A stretch of 64,000 bases of DNA from Candidatus Aenigmatarchaeota archaeon. Its GTDB lineage: Archaea; Aenigmatarchaeota; Aenigmatarchaeia; CG10238-14; SpSt-28. The position numbers were made by a program, and so were the translations under genes. Positions 50,147 through 58,767 of this stretch are shown one piece after another. A model generated the notes under the pieces. It was not told the origin of the DNA, did not search any database, and was given only the letters and a program-made list of their open reading frames with translations. The DNA is taken from positions 342,108 through 406,107 of the forward strand of contig JAWBAK010000001.1 of assembly GCA_038997165.1 (NCBI GenBank), in the 5' to 3' direction. Every line of letters starts with the position of its first letter. Position 1 is the stretch's first letter.

Positions 50147-51556
50147 TTAAGCTTGATCTTGAATATACTTTTCTCCTCTTTTTAATTTTTCAAAAGCTTT
50201 TGTTATTTCTTTTCCTAAATATAAGGCATGATCATATAAACTAAAAAAACTTCCGCCTTTTAAGGAATTGTATATTTCCCAAAAATCTTTACTTTCGATT
50301 TTAAAATCTATTAAAGAATTATCTGGGGTTCTATGTTCTAAAACTATTTTATCATTCTCTTGATAAATTAAAAATAAACCTTTTGGATCTTCTACAAATT
50401 CTTTCATTTTAAATGAATATTTGTTCAATATTTCTCTTACTAAATTCCAATCATGTTTATAAATATGTGCACTTGTAGAAATTGTTGTTATTGTTCCAAT
50501 TTCAAAATTTGATTTAGTTTCTTTATTTATTTCATTAACGATATATTCTGCTAATTTTATTTGTGCTACAATATTTACTGGCCACGCTTTAACCATATCA
50601 TTACTTCTAATCCAAACAGTATGATTATAATAATTTTCTGTTATTATTCCTTGAATACCTATTATGCATGGTGGATTTGAAGAATTTTGATCTATTAAAT
50701 GATCCCAAGAAATAATTAAAGCTCTTCTTGAATAAGGAGCTTTAGATAATTTATCAATTAAATATTTAACTTGATTTTTTCCAAATCTATGTTCAAAAAT
50801 TCTTTCTCCATATGTATATTCTACACTTTCTAATTTTTTTGGATATAGAACTTCATTAATGTGCCTTTCAAAATCTTCTCTTTTCAAAAATTCAAAAAAT
50901 TCTTCTTCAATTTTATATTCTTTACCATATAGACCTATAGTAATCATTAAATTTAAAAATTCTTTTTGTGGTTCTTCGTATTCTGAAAATTTTATACTTC
51001 CAAATTTCATTATTAAATCTAAAATTTTTATCCATGCTCTAAAAATACTTGTATCATATATAAAGCTACCGCTTAATGGAATTGGCCAAGAAGTTAATTC
51101 TACTTTTTCTTCAACTATTATATCAATTTTTTCTCTAACTTTTTTTGCATTTATTTTAAAATTTTTTTCTATTTCTTCTTCGAGTTTTTTAATATTATTT
51201 CTTTTAAATTCTTCTCTTAAATCAATAATTTTAACTGTATTTAAAATATTTTCAATTTTATTTATTGGAAAAACTATTTTATAATCTTTAAAATTTTTGT
51301 TTTTAAAAACATCGATTAAAGCTTTTCCACTCAAAGATAAATCAGCACCGTAAATTATTAAAGTATCTATTTTTGGAAATTGTGCTAATGTTTCTAAAAT
51401 AAAATTAATTCCGTAAGTTGTATAAGTAGTTCCAATAATTCCAATTTTACTTCTTATTTTCTCTTGTAGTTGATTTAAAATTATTTCTTTTTTTGACCAT
51501 AGAGTTGATATAGCAATATTACTATTTTCATTTAAGATTATTATATCTTTTTTCAT
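50147..51556 (-). CDS. Thymidylate synthase (ThyA)-like domain fused to a ~230-aa uncharacterised N-terminal domain
   Basis: The C-terminal half has RRALIISWDH...SNPPCIIGIQG (ThyA-like catalytic Cys context) and SAHIYKHD. The N-terminal half is not recognised. Confidence 0.5.
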   Translation of the reverse strand: MKKDIIILNENSNIAISTLWSKKEIILNQLQEKIRSKIGIIGTTYTTYGINFILETLAQFPKIDTLIIYGADLSLSGKALIDVFKNKNFKDYKIVFPINKIENILNTVKIIDLREEFKRNNIKKLEEEIEKNFKINAKKVREKIDIIVEEKVELTSWPIPLSGSFIYDTSIFRAWIKILDLIMKFGSIKFSEYEEPQKEFLNLMITIGLYGKEYKIEEEFFEFLKREDFERHINEVLYPKKLESVEYTYGERIFEHRFGKNQVKYLIDKLSKAPYSRRALIISWDHLIDQNSSNPPCIIGIQGIITENYYNHTVWIRSNDMVKAWPVNIVAQIKLAEYIVNEINKETKSNFEIGTITTISTSAHIYKHDWNLVREILNKYSFKMKEFVEDPKGLFLIYQENDKIVLEHRTPDNSLIDFKIESKDFWEIYNSLKGGSFFSLYDHALYLGKEITKAFEKLKRGEKYIQDQA

Positions 51557-51592
51557 ATGTTTTTATTTGTTTGAATTAATAAATAGTTATAA

Positions 51593-52744
51593 ATGATTGA
51601 AATTGCATTAGTCGGAAAGCCAAACTCTGGAAAATCTACATTTTTTAAAGCAGCAACTCTAATGGATGTTAAAATTTCAAATATTCCTTTTACAACATTA
51701 AAACCAAACAAAGGAATTGCTTACGTATCAACTCAATGTGTTTGTAAAGAATTTAACGTTAAGTGTAATCCACAAGATGGATTTTGCATAGATGGATTAA
51801 GATTTGTTCCAATAGTTCTTTGGGATGTTCCAGGATTAATTCCAGAAGCTCATAAAGGAAAAGGTTTAGGAATAGAATTTTTATCAGCTATAAATCATGT
51901 AGATGGAATTGTTTATATAATTGATATAAGTGGTAAAACTGATTTAGAAGGAAAAGAGATAGAATTTTTAAATCCAATAGAAGAAGTAAAATTTCTTATA
52001 AATGAATTGGTTCAATGGTATAAACAAAATATACAAAAACACATTCCTAAATTTTTTAAAGATAAAAAAGAATTAATAGATGTTTTATCTCAAAAACTTA
52101 GTGGATTAAAAATTAAAAGGGAACATTTAGAAAAACATATTGATAAAATAGATGATTTAAATAATTTTTCTAAAGCGCTTTTGTTTGAAAGTAAAAAAAT
52201 GATTATTGCTGCAAATAAAATTGATGAAAAAAATTCTGAAAAAAATTTAAAAGAATTAAAAGAATTTTTAGAGAAAGAAAATATTAATATAAAAGTTGTT
52301 GAATGTAGTGCATTAAGTGAATTAATTTTAAGGACTTTAGATCAAAAAGGAATAATAAAATACAATTTTAAAGATTTTGAAATTTTAAAGAAAAATGAAT
52401 TAAGTAATGAACAAATAAACGCATTAGAAAAAATTAGAGAATTGTTAAAAAAATATAATGGAAGTTTTATATTGAATGTTTTAAATACTTTAGTTTTTGA
52501 TGTTATGCAATATAAAGTTGTTTTTCCTGTTGAAAATGAAAATAAATTAAGCGATAAAAAGGGAAATATTTTACCAAATGCAATTTTATTAGAAAAGGAT
52601 GCAAAAACAATAGATTTAGCAGAAAAAATTCATTCTGAAATAGCTAAAAATTTCTTATATGCAATAGAGGTTAAAAGTAGAAAAAGATTAGGTAAAGATT
52701 ATATTTTAAATCATAGAGATATAATAAAAATATATCATGCATAG
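51593..52744 (+). CDS. Obg-family GTPase/ATPase (YchF/DRG-like) with C-terminal TGS-like domain
   Basis: GKPNSGKST (G1), PFTTLKPNKG (G2), DVPGL (G3), ANKID (G4). Confidence 0.7.
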   Translation: MIEIALVGKPNSGKSTFFKAATLMDVKISNIPFTTLKPNKGIAYVSTQCVCKEFNVKCNPQDGFCIDGLRFVPIVLWDVPGLIPEAHKGKGLGIEFLSAINHVDGIVYIIDISGKTDLEGKEIEFLNPIEEVKFLINELVQWYKQNIQKHIPKFFKDKKELIDVLSQKLSGLKIKREHLEKHIDKIDDLNNFSKALLFESKKMIIAANKIDEKNSEKNLKELKEFLEKENINIKVVECSALSELILRTLDQKGIIKYNFKDFEILKKNELSNEQINALEKIRELLKKYNGSFILNVLNTLVFDVMQYKVVFPVENENKLSDKKGNILPNAILLEKDAKTIDLAEKIHSEIAKNFLYAIEVKSRKRLGKDYILNHRDIIKIYHA

Positions 52745-52797
52745 TCAGAAGTACTCCTTTTCATCATTATTCAGATGCGGCGGCATTCTTCATAAAG
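52741..52797 (-). ncRNA. Box C/D sRNA (2'-O-methylation guide)
   Basis: Minus strand reads AUGAAGA(C)-AUGCCGCCGCAU(12)-CUGA(D')-AUA-AUGAUGA(C')-AAAGGAGUACUU(12)-CUGA(D). Box order and 12-nt spacers are canonical for archaea. It sits in a short spacer between two convergent genes. Confidence 0.8.
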
Positions 52798-52827
52798 TAA
52801 TTTAAATAATTTTTATAAATTTTTTAA

Positions 52828-54108
52828 TCAAATTAAATGTGTTGGAAGCTTTTTTATAAGTCCGTTATCATATAATAATTTTAAATATTTACCTTCAAGA
52901 AGTTCGTTCAACACATCTTTTTGCTCTTTTCCTTCTTTTACTTCTCTTTTAATATAATCTAAAGTAAGCTTTAAAGATCTAAGAATATCTGTACTATTTA
53001 TTTTTTCTTTTTCACAGAGACTTAAAAGATCTTCATTTAAAAGTCTTTCTATTTCTTTACTTGTTAGATCACCTCCCAAAAAATGTATTTTAATTATTTT
53101 TTGAAATATTAGATCTATACTTATTGCACTTTTAGAAAATAATAAACTATTAACAATATATTCAGTCAAGTTTTTAATCAATTTTGTTTTTGGTTTTATT
53201 CTACCGGAAATTACTAAGGGAGAAAAGGCTGCTAAAGTTAGTAAATCTTTTTCTTCTTTTGATAAAGAGTTTTCTCCATAAGCAAGTACAATTGGTTCAG
53301 CATGAAAACATAAGGGTCCTTTCATTATTTGTTCTCCATCTTTTATTATAATAAATCCTTTTATTTCATTACAAAAAAGAAAGCAAGAATATTTATCTTT
53401 TTTATCTTCTTTATAAATGGAAATTGAAACTGAAGGATAATAATAATGAAGGTATTTTTTCATTTCCTCTTTATGTTTTAGTACGTCATCCAATATAAGA
53501 TAGCTATTTTGAGAAAGTAGATATTCTATTTTTTCCTTCAAAATAGAATAATGAAACCACAAAACAAAATTTTTAATATTAGAAATACCATATATTTGAG
53601 CGATTTGAATTAGAAATTGTGGAAAAAGAGATAAAAAAAATATATTTTGAGAAATAAGTTCACCTATTTCTTTTATTTTTTCTTCTCCTATTTTTTCTTC
53701 TAATTCTAATCTTTTTGCTTCGAGATATTCTCTCATTTTTTTTTAATTTTTCTCTACTTTTCTCATCAATTTCTATTATGTTTTCCCTTATTTTATTTCT
53801 TATTGAAGATGTTAGCTCTTCCAATTCTTCTTGAATAGGTTTGCAAACTCTCATAAAAATTTCATAAGATACTAATGCGCTTGCAAAATCACTAGTATCA
53901 CATTTGGACGAAATAATAATTTCATTTGTTGGTACATAATAAAAACTACTGGGGGGGGGGGGAATTTTGCCAATATAATATTAAGATTTATCCTTTCCCA
54001 ATCAATATTTAATGAAAGATTTTCTTTTATTCTATAAAGTTCTTTTTCAAATCGATTTATAATTTCTTTGGAATTTTGAAAGTTATTGTATTCATTATGT
54101 TTATTCAT
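52828..54108 (-). pseudogene. Uncharacterised coiled-coil protein gene split into three ORFs by two homopolymer tracts
   Basis: The three ORFs are 54108..53872, 53854..53660 and 53736..52828. A one-base change at the C tract (plus-strand G run 53951..53962) joins ORF 1 to the frame of ORF 2 with no stop. A one-base change at the A9 tract (53736..53744) joins ORF 2 to ORF 3. Confidence 0.4.
53951..53962. repeat. Homopolymeric G tract (about 12 nt) inside coding sequence
   Basis: Run of G on the plus strand. The ORF-track translation FPPPPV implies 12 C on the minus strand; I read 12-13 in the printed text. Extreme outlier in this AT-rich sequence. Confidence 0.8.
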
Positions 54109-54171
54109 AATTTGTATAAGGATAGATTATTAAAATAAGTATTAGAAGTATCAAAGAACTATTTTTATTAT

Positions 54172-54311
54172 GCCGGGGTCGCCTAGCGGAAATGGCGCCG
54201 GCCTCGAGTTAAATGATAAGCTCTGGGGTAGCTGAAAGATAATGATGATTTTGTTATAAGAGAAAGCCGGTGGGCTCTAAGCCCGCGTGGGTTCAAATCC
54301 CACCCCCGGCG
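54172..54311 (+). tRNA. tRNA-Ser (CGA), class II, with 56-nt intron (54209..54264)
   Basis: GCCGGGG..CCGGC-CTCGAG|intron|A-GCCGG, variable arm TGGGCTCTAAGCCCGC, GTGGGTTCAAATCCCAC-CCCCGGC-G. Confidence 0.85.
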
Positions 54312-54427
54312 AAATTTTATTTTAGATTAATATTAGAAAAATTATTTAATTCATTTGATTTAAATGTTTAAAATTTAGTTTTAATTTTCTTTAAAAATAA
54401 TCGATTTAAAAGAAATCAAAAAATGTT

Positions 54428-55405
54428 TTAAAGTTTCTCTATAATATTATCTTTAACTCTAAAAACTTTTCCTAAGAATTTTTCTATAGTATAAATATTT
54501 GTGAGCGTATGATTTGTAATTTCTTCAACTTTTACTATAGACTTTTCTTCACATAATGCCAAATAAATTAAAATTTGATCTGCCATATACTTATCTAAGC
54601 ACGCATTAGAATTTTCAGCATTTTTTAAATTGTTAATAGCAATCTTTGAATTTTCTAAACTATCGCTTCCTAAAACGCAATTTTCATAATAAGATGCAAT
54701 AGTAACAGAAAAACCTTTACTTAATGTTTTTTCATTTCTTACATATAGTTCAACTTCTTTTAATTCGTTTTTTATGATTTCAGTTTCTTCCCTTATTCTT
54801 TTTTCATTTTCAAATGCAGATATTCTTGCTACATACTTTATAAAATTCTTTCTTTCAATCATTTCTACACCATTTAATTTTTTTATTGGGTAAATTTCTA
54901 TTTCAACTATTCCTCCACCTTTTGGATAAAACCCATGTCTTACTATATTAATTTCTGGTTTTTCTATGCCTAAAAATTTTAAGTTTTCGAATTTAACTAA
55001 ATCTATATAATCTATTGTTGGTGCATGTAATACACATGTACCACCAATTATTCTTAGTTTAACTTTTTTATTTGATAAAAAAGCTATTATTGGATATATA
55101 GTTTGCAAAAATAGAGAAATGCTACCAGCAGTTCCAATATTAATTTCTTCAAAATTTGGAATATTTTCTTCTTTCGGAATAAATTCGACTTCAGTACTTC
55201 CAATAAATAATCCTTTAACTTCCGCATTTAATAATTTAGCTGCAAATTTTGCTCCAGCCAAGTGCTGAGCTTTCAATCCTGGTTGTGGTCTATTTTTTCT
55301 AATATTATAAATTCTAAAAGGTTTTTTAAGAATGCAAGATAAAGCTATTGAAGTTCTTAAAATTTGACCACCACCTTCTAAATAGCTACCATCGATTTCG
55401 ATCAT
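54428..55405 (-). CDS. rtcA: RNA 3'-terminal phosphate cyclase
   Basis: IEIDGSYLEGGGQILRTSIALS N-terminus and ~325 aa. Confidence 0.85.
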   Translation of the reverse strand: MIEIDGSYLEGGGQILRTSIALSCILKKPFRIYNIRKNRPQPGLKAQHLAGAKFAAKLLNAEVKGLFIGSTEVEFIPKEENIPNFEEINIGTAGSISLFLQTIYPIIAFLSNKKVKLRIIGGTCVLHAPTIDYIDLVKFENLKFLGIEKPEINIVRHGFYPKGGGIVEIEIYPIKKLNGVEMIERKNFIKYVARISAFENEKRIREETEIIKNELKEVELYVRNEKTLSKGFSVTIASYYENCVLGSDSLENSKIAINNLKNAENSNACLDKYMADQILIYLALCEEKSIVKVEEITNHTLTNIYTIEKFLGKVFRVKDNIIEKL

Positions 55406-55430
55406 AAAATAATTTTGATTTTTTAAAAAA

Positions 55431-55501
55431 TGGGTCCGCCCGGAGTCGAACCGGGATCTCCGCCTCGTAAGGGCGGCGTCCTACCGCTAGACTACGGACC
55501 C
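55431..55501 (-). tRNA. tRNA-Val (TAC)
   Basis: Reverse complement GGGTCCG..CCGCC-CTTACGA-GGCGG..CCCGGTTCGACTCCGGG-CGGACCC-A. Confidence 0.9.
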
Positions 55502-55551
55502 ATAAATTTATAAAAAAGATTAAAGTTAAATTCATCTTTATACAATATTGT

Positions 55552-55650
55552 TGGGGCCGCTGGGATTTGAACCCAGGTTAACGGGTTTCCTCATTTTATC
55601 GGTGCTCCATTTCTGGAGCCCGCCGTCCTACCTGGCTAGACTACGGCCCC
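55552..55650 (-). tRNA. tRNA-Trp (CCA) with 26-nt intron (55587..55612)
   Basis: Reverse complement GGGGCCG..GCGGG-CTCCAG|intron|A-CCCGT..CTGGGTTCAAATCCCAG-CGGCCCC-A. Confidence 0.85.
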
Positions 55651-55689
55651 AATAATAAAAAATTTTTATATTTTTCGATATTAATTTAT

Positions 55690-56088
55690 ATGGCAGAATT
55701 TAGATTAAGAGGATATACATTAGAAGAATTGGAAAAGATGAGTATAGAAGATCTTGCAAAAAAAGTATTTGATTCTAGAACTAGAAGAAAAATTCTAAAA
55801 AGAGGATTTACTGAACAAGAAAAAAAGTTTTTGGAAAAAATTAAAGAAATAAAACAAAAGAATCCAAATAAATTTATAAAAACACATTTAAGACAAATGG
55901 TAATTTTACCTATAATGGTTGGATTAACAATTGGAGTTCATAACGGAAAAGAATTTGTGCCAGTGAAGATTAAACCAGAAATGATAGGCAGAAGATTGGG
56001 CGAGTTTTCAATTCCTATAAAAGAGGTAAAACATGGTGGTCCAGGAATTGGAGCTACTAGAGGAACTAAATTCTTATCTGTTAAATGA
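55690..56088 (+). CDS. rps19: 30S ribosomal protein uS19
   Basis: [25 protein letters not shown]...H. Confidence 0.9.
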   Translation: MAEFRLRGYTLEELEKMSIEDLAKKVFDSRTRRKILKRGFTEQEKKFLEKIKEIKQKNPNKFIKTHLRQMVILPIMVGLTIGVHNGKEFVPVKIKPEMIGRRLGEFSIPIKEVKHGGPGIGATRGTKFLSVK

Positions 56089-56438
56089 TTGCTTCAGCAT
56101 ATATTAAAAATCTTAGAATTTCTACTAAGCATGCAACATACATATCTAAAATTATTAGAGGCAAAAATGCGTTAAAAGCAAAAAAATTTTTAGAATTAGT
56201 TGCTAAGCAAAAATTAACTTTAGATGGTAAAAAGTATTATTTAAAGGCTACTAAAGCTATACTTAAAGCTTTAGAAAGCGCATTAGCTAATGCAAAGCAA
56301 AAAGGTTTAGATGAAAATAAATTAAAAATAAAAATAATAGAAGCTCATAAAGGTTTTAAATTGAGAACTCCAAAAAGATGGAAATTTAGAGGTAGAGAAA
56401 AGAAAAATACACATATTAAAATTGTCTTATCATATTGA
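56085..56438 (+). CDS. rpl22: 50S ribosomal protein uL22 (short form)
   Basis: Position between S19 and S3. [18 protein letters not shown] and [16 protein letters not shown]. Confidence 0.8.
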   Translation: MIASAYIKNLRISTKHATYISKIIRGKNALKAKKFLELVAKQKLTLDGKKYYLKATKAILKALESALANAKQKGLDENKLKIKIIEAHKGFKLRTPKRWKFRGREKKNTHIKIVLSY

Positions 56439-57027
56439 TATGGGAGCAACAGAGAAAAAAATAATAGCTCAAAAAATTATTGAAGTTGAATTAGAAGATT
56501 ATTTAAAAAGCATATTTGAAAGAGCTGAATATAGCAATTTAAAAGTAGAGAAAACCCCAATATTAACTAGAATAATAGTTTTTGTAGGAAAACCTGCTAT
56601 AGCAATTGCTAAATTAAGGAAAAGAGAAGAGGAAATAAAAGAGATACTTATAAAAAAATATAATATTTTAAATCCACAAATTGTAATTCAAGAAGTTCAA
56701 AATCCATATTTAGATGCAAGAATAGTTGCATATAGAATAAAAAGAGCTATAGAAAGGGGTATAAATTTTAAAAAAGCAGCTTTATTTTATATAGAGAAGT
56801 GTATGGAAAGTGGTGCTACTGGAATAGAAGTTAGAATCTCTGGAAAATTATTAGGTAAAGAAAGAAGTGCAGCTTACAAATTTAGTAAAGGATATATTTT
56901 ACATACAGGATTTTTAAAGGAAGTTTATGTTGATGAAGCACTACAACAAGCAATAATACCTGTTGGTATTGTAGGAATAAGAGTTCGAATATTAAAATAT
57001 TTACCACAAATAATTTCTGCAAAATAA
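56422..57027 (+). CDS. rps3: 30S ribosomal protein uS3
   Basis: KH-domain region (LKVEKTPILTRIIVFVGKP) and GIEVRISGKL...ER. The true start may be the Met at 56440. Confidence 0.85.
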   Translation: MSYHIDMGATEKKIIAQKIIEVELEDYLKSIFERAEYSNLKVEKTPILTRIIVFVGKPAIAIAKLRKREEEIKEILIKKYNILNPQIVIQEVQNPYLDARIVAYRIKRAIERGINFKKAALFYIEKCMESGATGIEVRISGKLLGKERSAAYKFSKGYILHTGFLKEVYVDEALQQAIIPVGIVGIRVRILKYLPQIISAK

Positions 57028-57236
57028 TGGCAATTTTAAAAATTAAAGATATAAGAAATATGAAAACTGAAGAATTATTAGAAAAATTAAAAAATTATAA
57101 GGAAGAACTTAGAAAATTAAAGATGCAGACAGAAATGAAAAGGCCTATAAAAAATACAAGTAGAATAAGAGAACTAAGAAAAACTATTGCAAGAATTCTT
57201 ACAGTTTTGAAAGAAAGAAATATAAAAATTAAATGA
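57027..57236 (+). CDS. rpl29: 50S ribosomal protein uL29
   Basis: 69 aa, IRNMKTEELLEKLKNYKEELRKLK, conserved operon position. Confidence 0.85.
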   Translation: MAILKIKDIRNMKTEELLEKLKNYKEELRKLKMQTEMKRPIKNTSRIRELRKTIARILTVLKERNIKIK

Positions 57237-57529
57237 GTGAAATTTGTCAAATTTGTGGTTTACCAAAGGATTTATGTATTTGCGAGAGGAAAATAGAGGA
57301 AAAAATTATTATTAGAACAGAAAAAAGGAGTTATGGAAAAGTTGTTACTTTAATTAATGGTATTCAAAGAGATAATAAAGAATTAAAAGAAATAGCAAGT
57401 AAGCTAAAAAGTAAGTTGGGTTGTGGGGGAACTATAAAAAATGGAATTATAGAATTACAAGGCGATCATAGGAGAAGAATTAAAGAGCTACTTATTGAAT
57501 TAGGATTTAAAAATATTGAAATTTATTAA
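57233..57529 (+). CDS. sui1: Translation initiation factor aSUI1/eIF1
   Basis: N-terminal CxxC..CxC knuckle and CGGTIKNGIIELQGDHR. Confidence 0.85.
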   Translation: MSEICQICGLPKDLCICERKIEEKIIIRTEKRSYGKVVTLINGIQRDNKELKEIASKLKSKLGCGGTIKNGIIELQGDHRRRIKELLIELGFKNIEIY

Positions 57530-58767
57530 CTAATGGCTTCAAAACAAATATTTTTTGATTTTGCATATTCATATGCTTTTTTAATTTCTTCATAATTTAG
57601 TTTTCTGGCAATTTCATCAAATTTTTCTGGAAATTTTAAAACTAAATATTCTGGATGATATTGATCCATAATGTTTACTAAAACATTTGGTATATTTTTT
57701 GAAATCCAATCCAAAACTTTATAGGTGCAACATTCTAAATGATTTGGTAAGACTAAATGTCTAACAATTATATTTTCTCCAAAATCGTAAATTATCTTAT
57801 GATTTCTTGAGACAATTTCAAAGTAATTCTTTATTTTACTATATTTATATGCACATTTATTATTTCCATATTTAAAATCTGGTAACCAAATATCAATAAC
57901 ATCTAATAATAACTCTAGACTTTCTTTTGTCATATACATATTCGAATTCCAAAGCAACGCAATGTTTTCATTAAAATATTTTAAGCTTTCTAAGATTGTA
58001 TGTAAATTTTGATCAGGATTACCACCTACAAAATTTATATTTATTGCTCCTTTATCATATAATTCTTTTTCTATTTCTGCAAGTTGTAAAGAATTTATTT
58101 CAAATCCATTTTTTGGATTTTGACTTATGTCCCAATTTTGACAATATACACATTTAAAACTACAGCCAGTAAAGAAAATTGTACCAGATGGAATTAGTGG
58201 AGCTTCTTCTCCATAATGTAAAAAAGCAGATGCAACTCTAGCAATATTATCTAATCCACATTTTCCTTTTTTTCCTTCTAATCTTTTTGCTAAGCATAAA
58301 TTTTCGCAAAATTTACAAGGAGATAGCATTTTATAAGCTAATTCTATTTTAACATCCAAAAAATTGTTTTTATTATTATTATTTTTATCTATTTCCTTAA
58401 TTTCGATATTTTTACCATTTTTTATTTTTTCAAATTTATCTAAAAATTCATTTCTTAATTCAGAATGAATTTTCCAAAGTTCTTTCTCTTCCAATTCTTT
58501 TAAATTTAAATTTTCTTTTAATTTTATGCTCTTTACAATTAAATATTTTGCTTTAACTTCATTTTTTAAAACTTTATAATACCAATTAAGTCTTTCTTTA
58601 ACTTCTTTATTTTTCCAAATGTTTATTGCATCTAATCTAAAAATCATAAAATTTAATATTTTTATGAAATTTAGAGAAATTCCAAAAGAATTGATTAAAA
58701 ATGTATATAAATGGAAAATTCTAATAGAAAATAAAAAAGATTTTGTTGGAAGTTCTCCTCCAAGCAT
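57526..58767 (-). CDS. Radical SAM protein, PflX-like (PFL-activase homolog)
   Basis: FFTGCSFKCVYCQNWDISQ (CX3CX2C), upstream Cys cluster CKFCENLC...CG. The likely true start is the internal Met at 58647 (MIFRLDAINIW). Confidence 0.65.
   Translation of the reverse strand: MLGGELPTKSFLFSIRIFHLYTFLINSFGISLNFIKILNFMIFRLDAINIWKNKEVKERLNWYYKVLKNEVKAKYLIVKSIKLKENLNLKELEEKELWKIHSELRNEFLDKFEKIKNGKNIEIKEIDKNNNNKNNFLDVKIELAYKMLSPCKFCENLCLAKRLEGKKGKCGLDNIARVASAFLHYGEEAPLIPSGTIFFTGCSFKCVYCQNWDISQNPKNGFEINSLQLAEIEKELYDKGAININFVGGNPDQNLHTILESLKYFNENIALLWNSNMYMTKESLELLLDVIDIWLPDFKYGNNKCAYKYSKIKNYFEIVSRNHKIIYDFGENIIVRHLVLPNHLECCTYKVLDWISKNIPNVLVNIMDQYHPEYLVLKFPEKFDEIARKLNYEEIKKAYEYAKSKNICFEAIS

Noticed and set aside
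53660-53854. 64-aa arginine/lysine-rich ORF treated as an independent gene.
   Set aside because: Its basic tail (NERISRSKKIRIRRKNRRRKNKRNR) is the out-of-frame reading of the start of the 302-aa ORF after the A9 tract. Only its N-terminal part looks coding, as a segment of the interrupted larger gene.
55587-55612. Box C/D guide in the tRNA-Trp intron, as known in euryarchaea.
   Set aside because: The intron is only 26 nt and has no C or D box elements.
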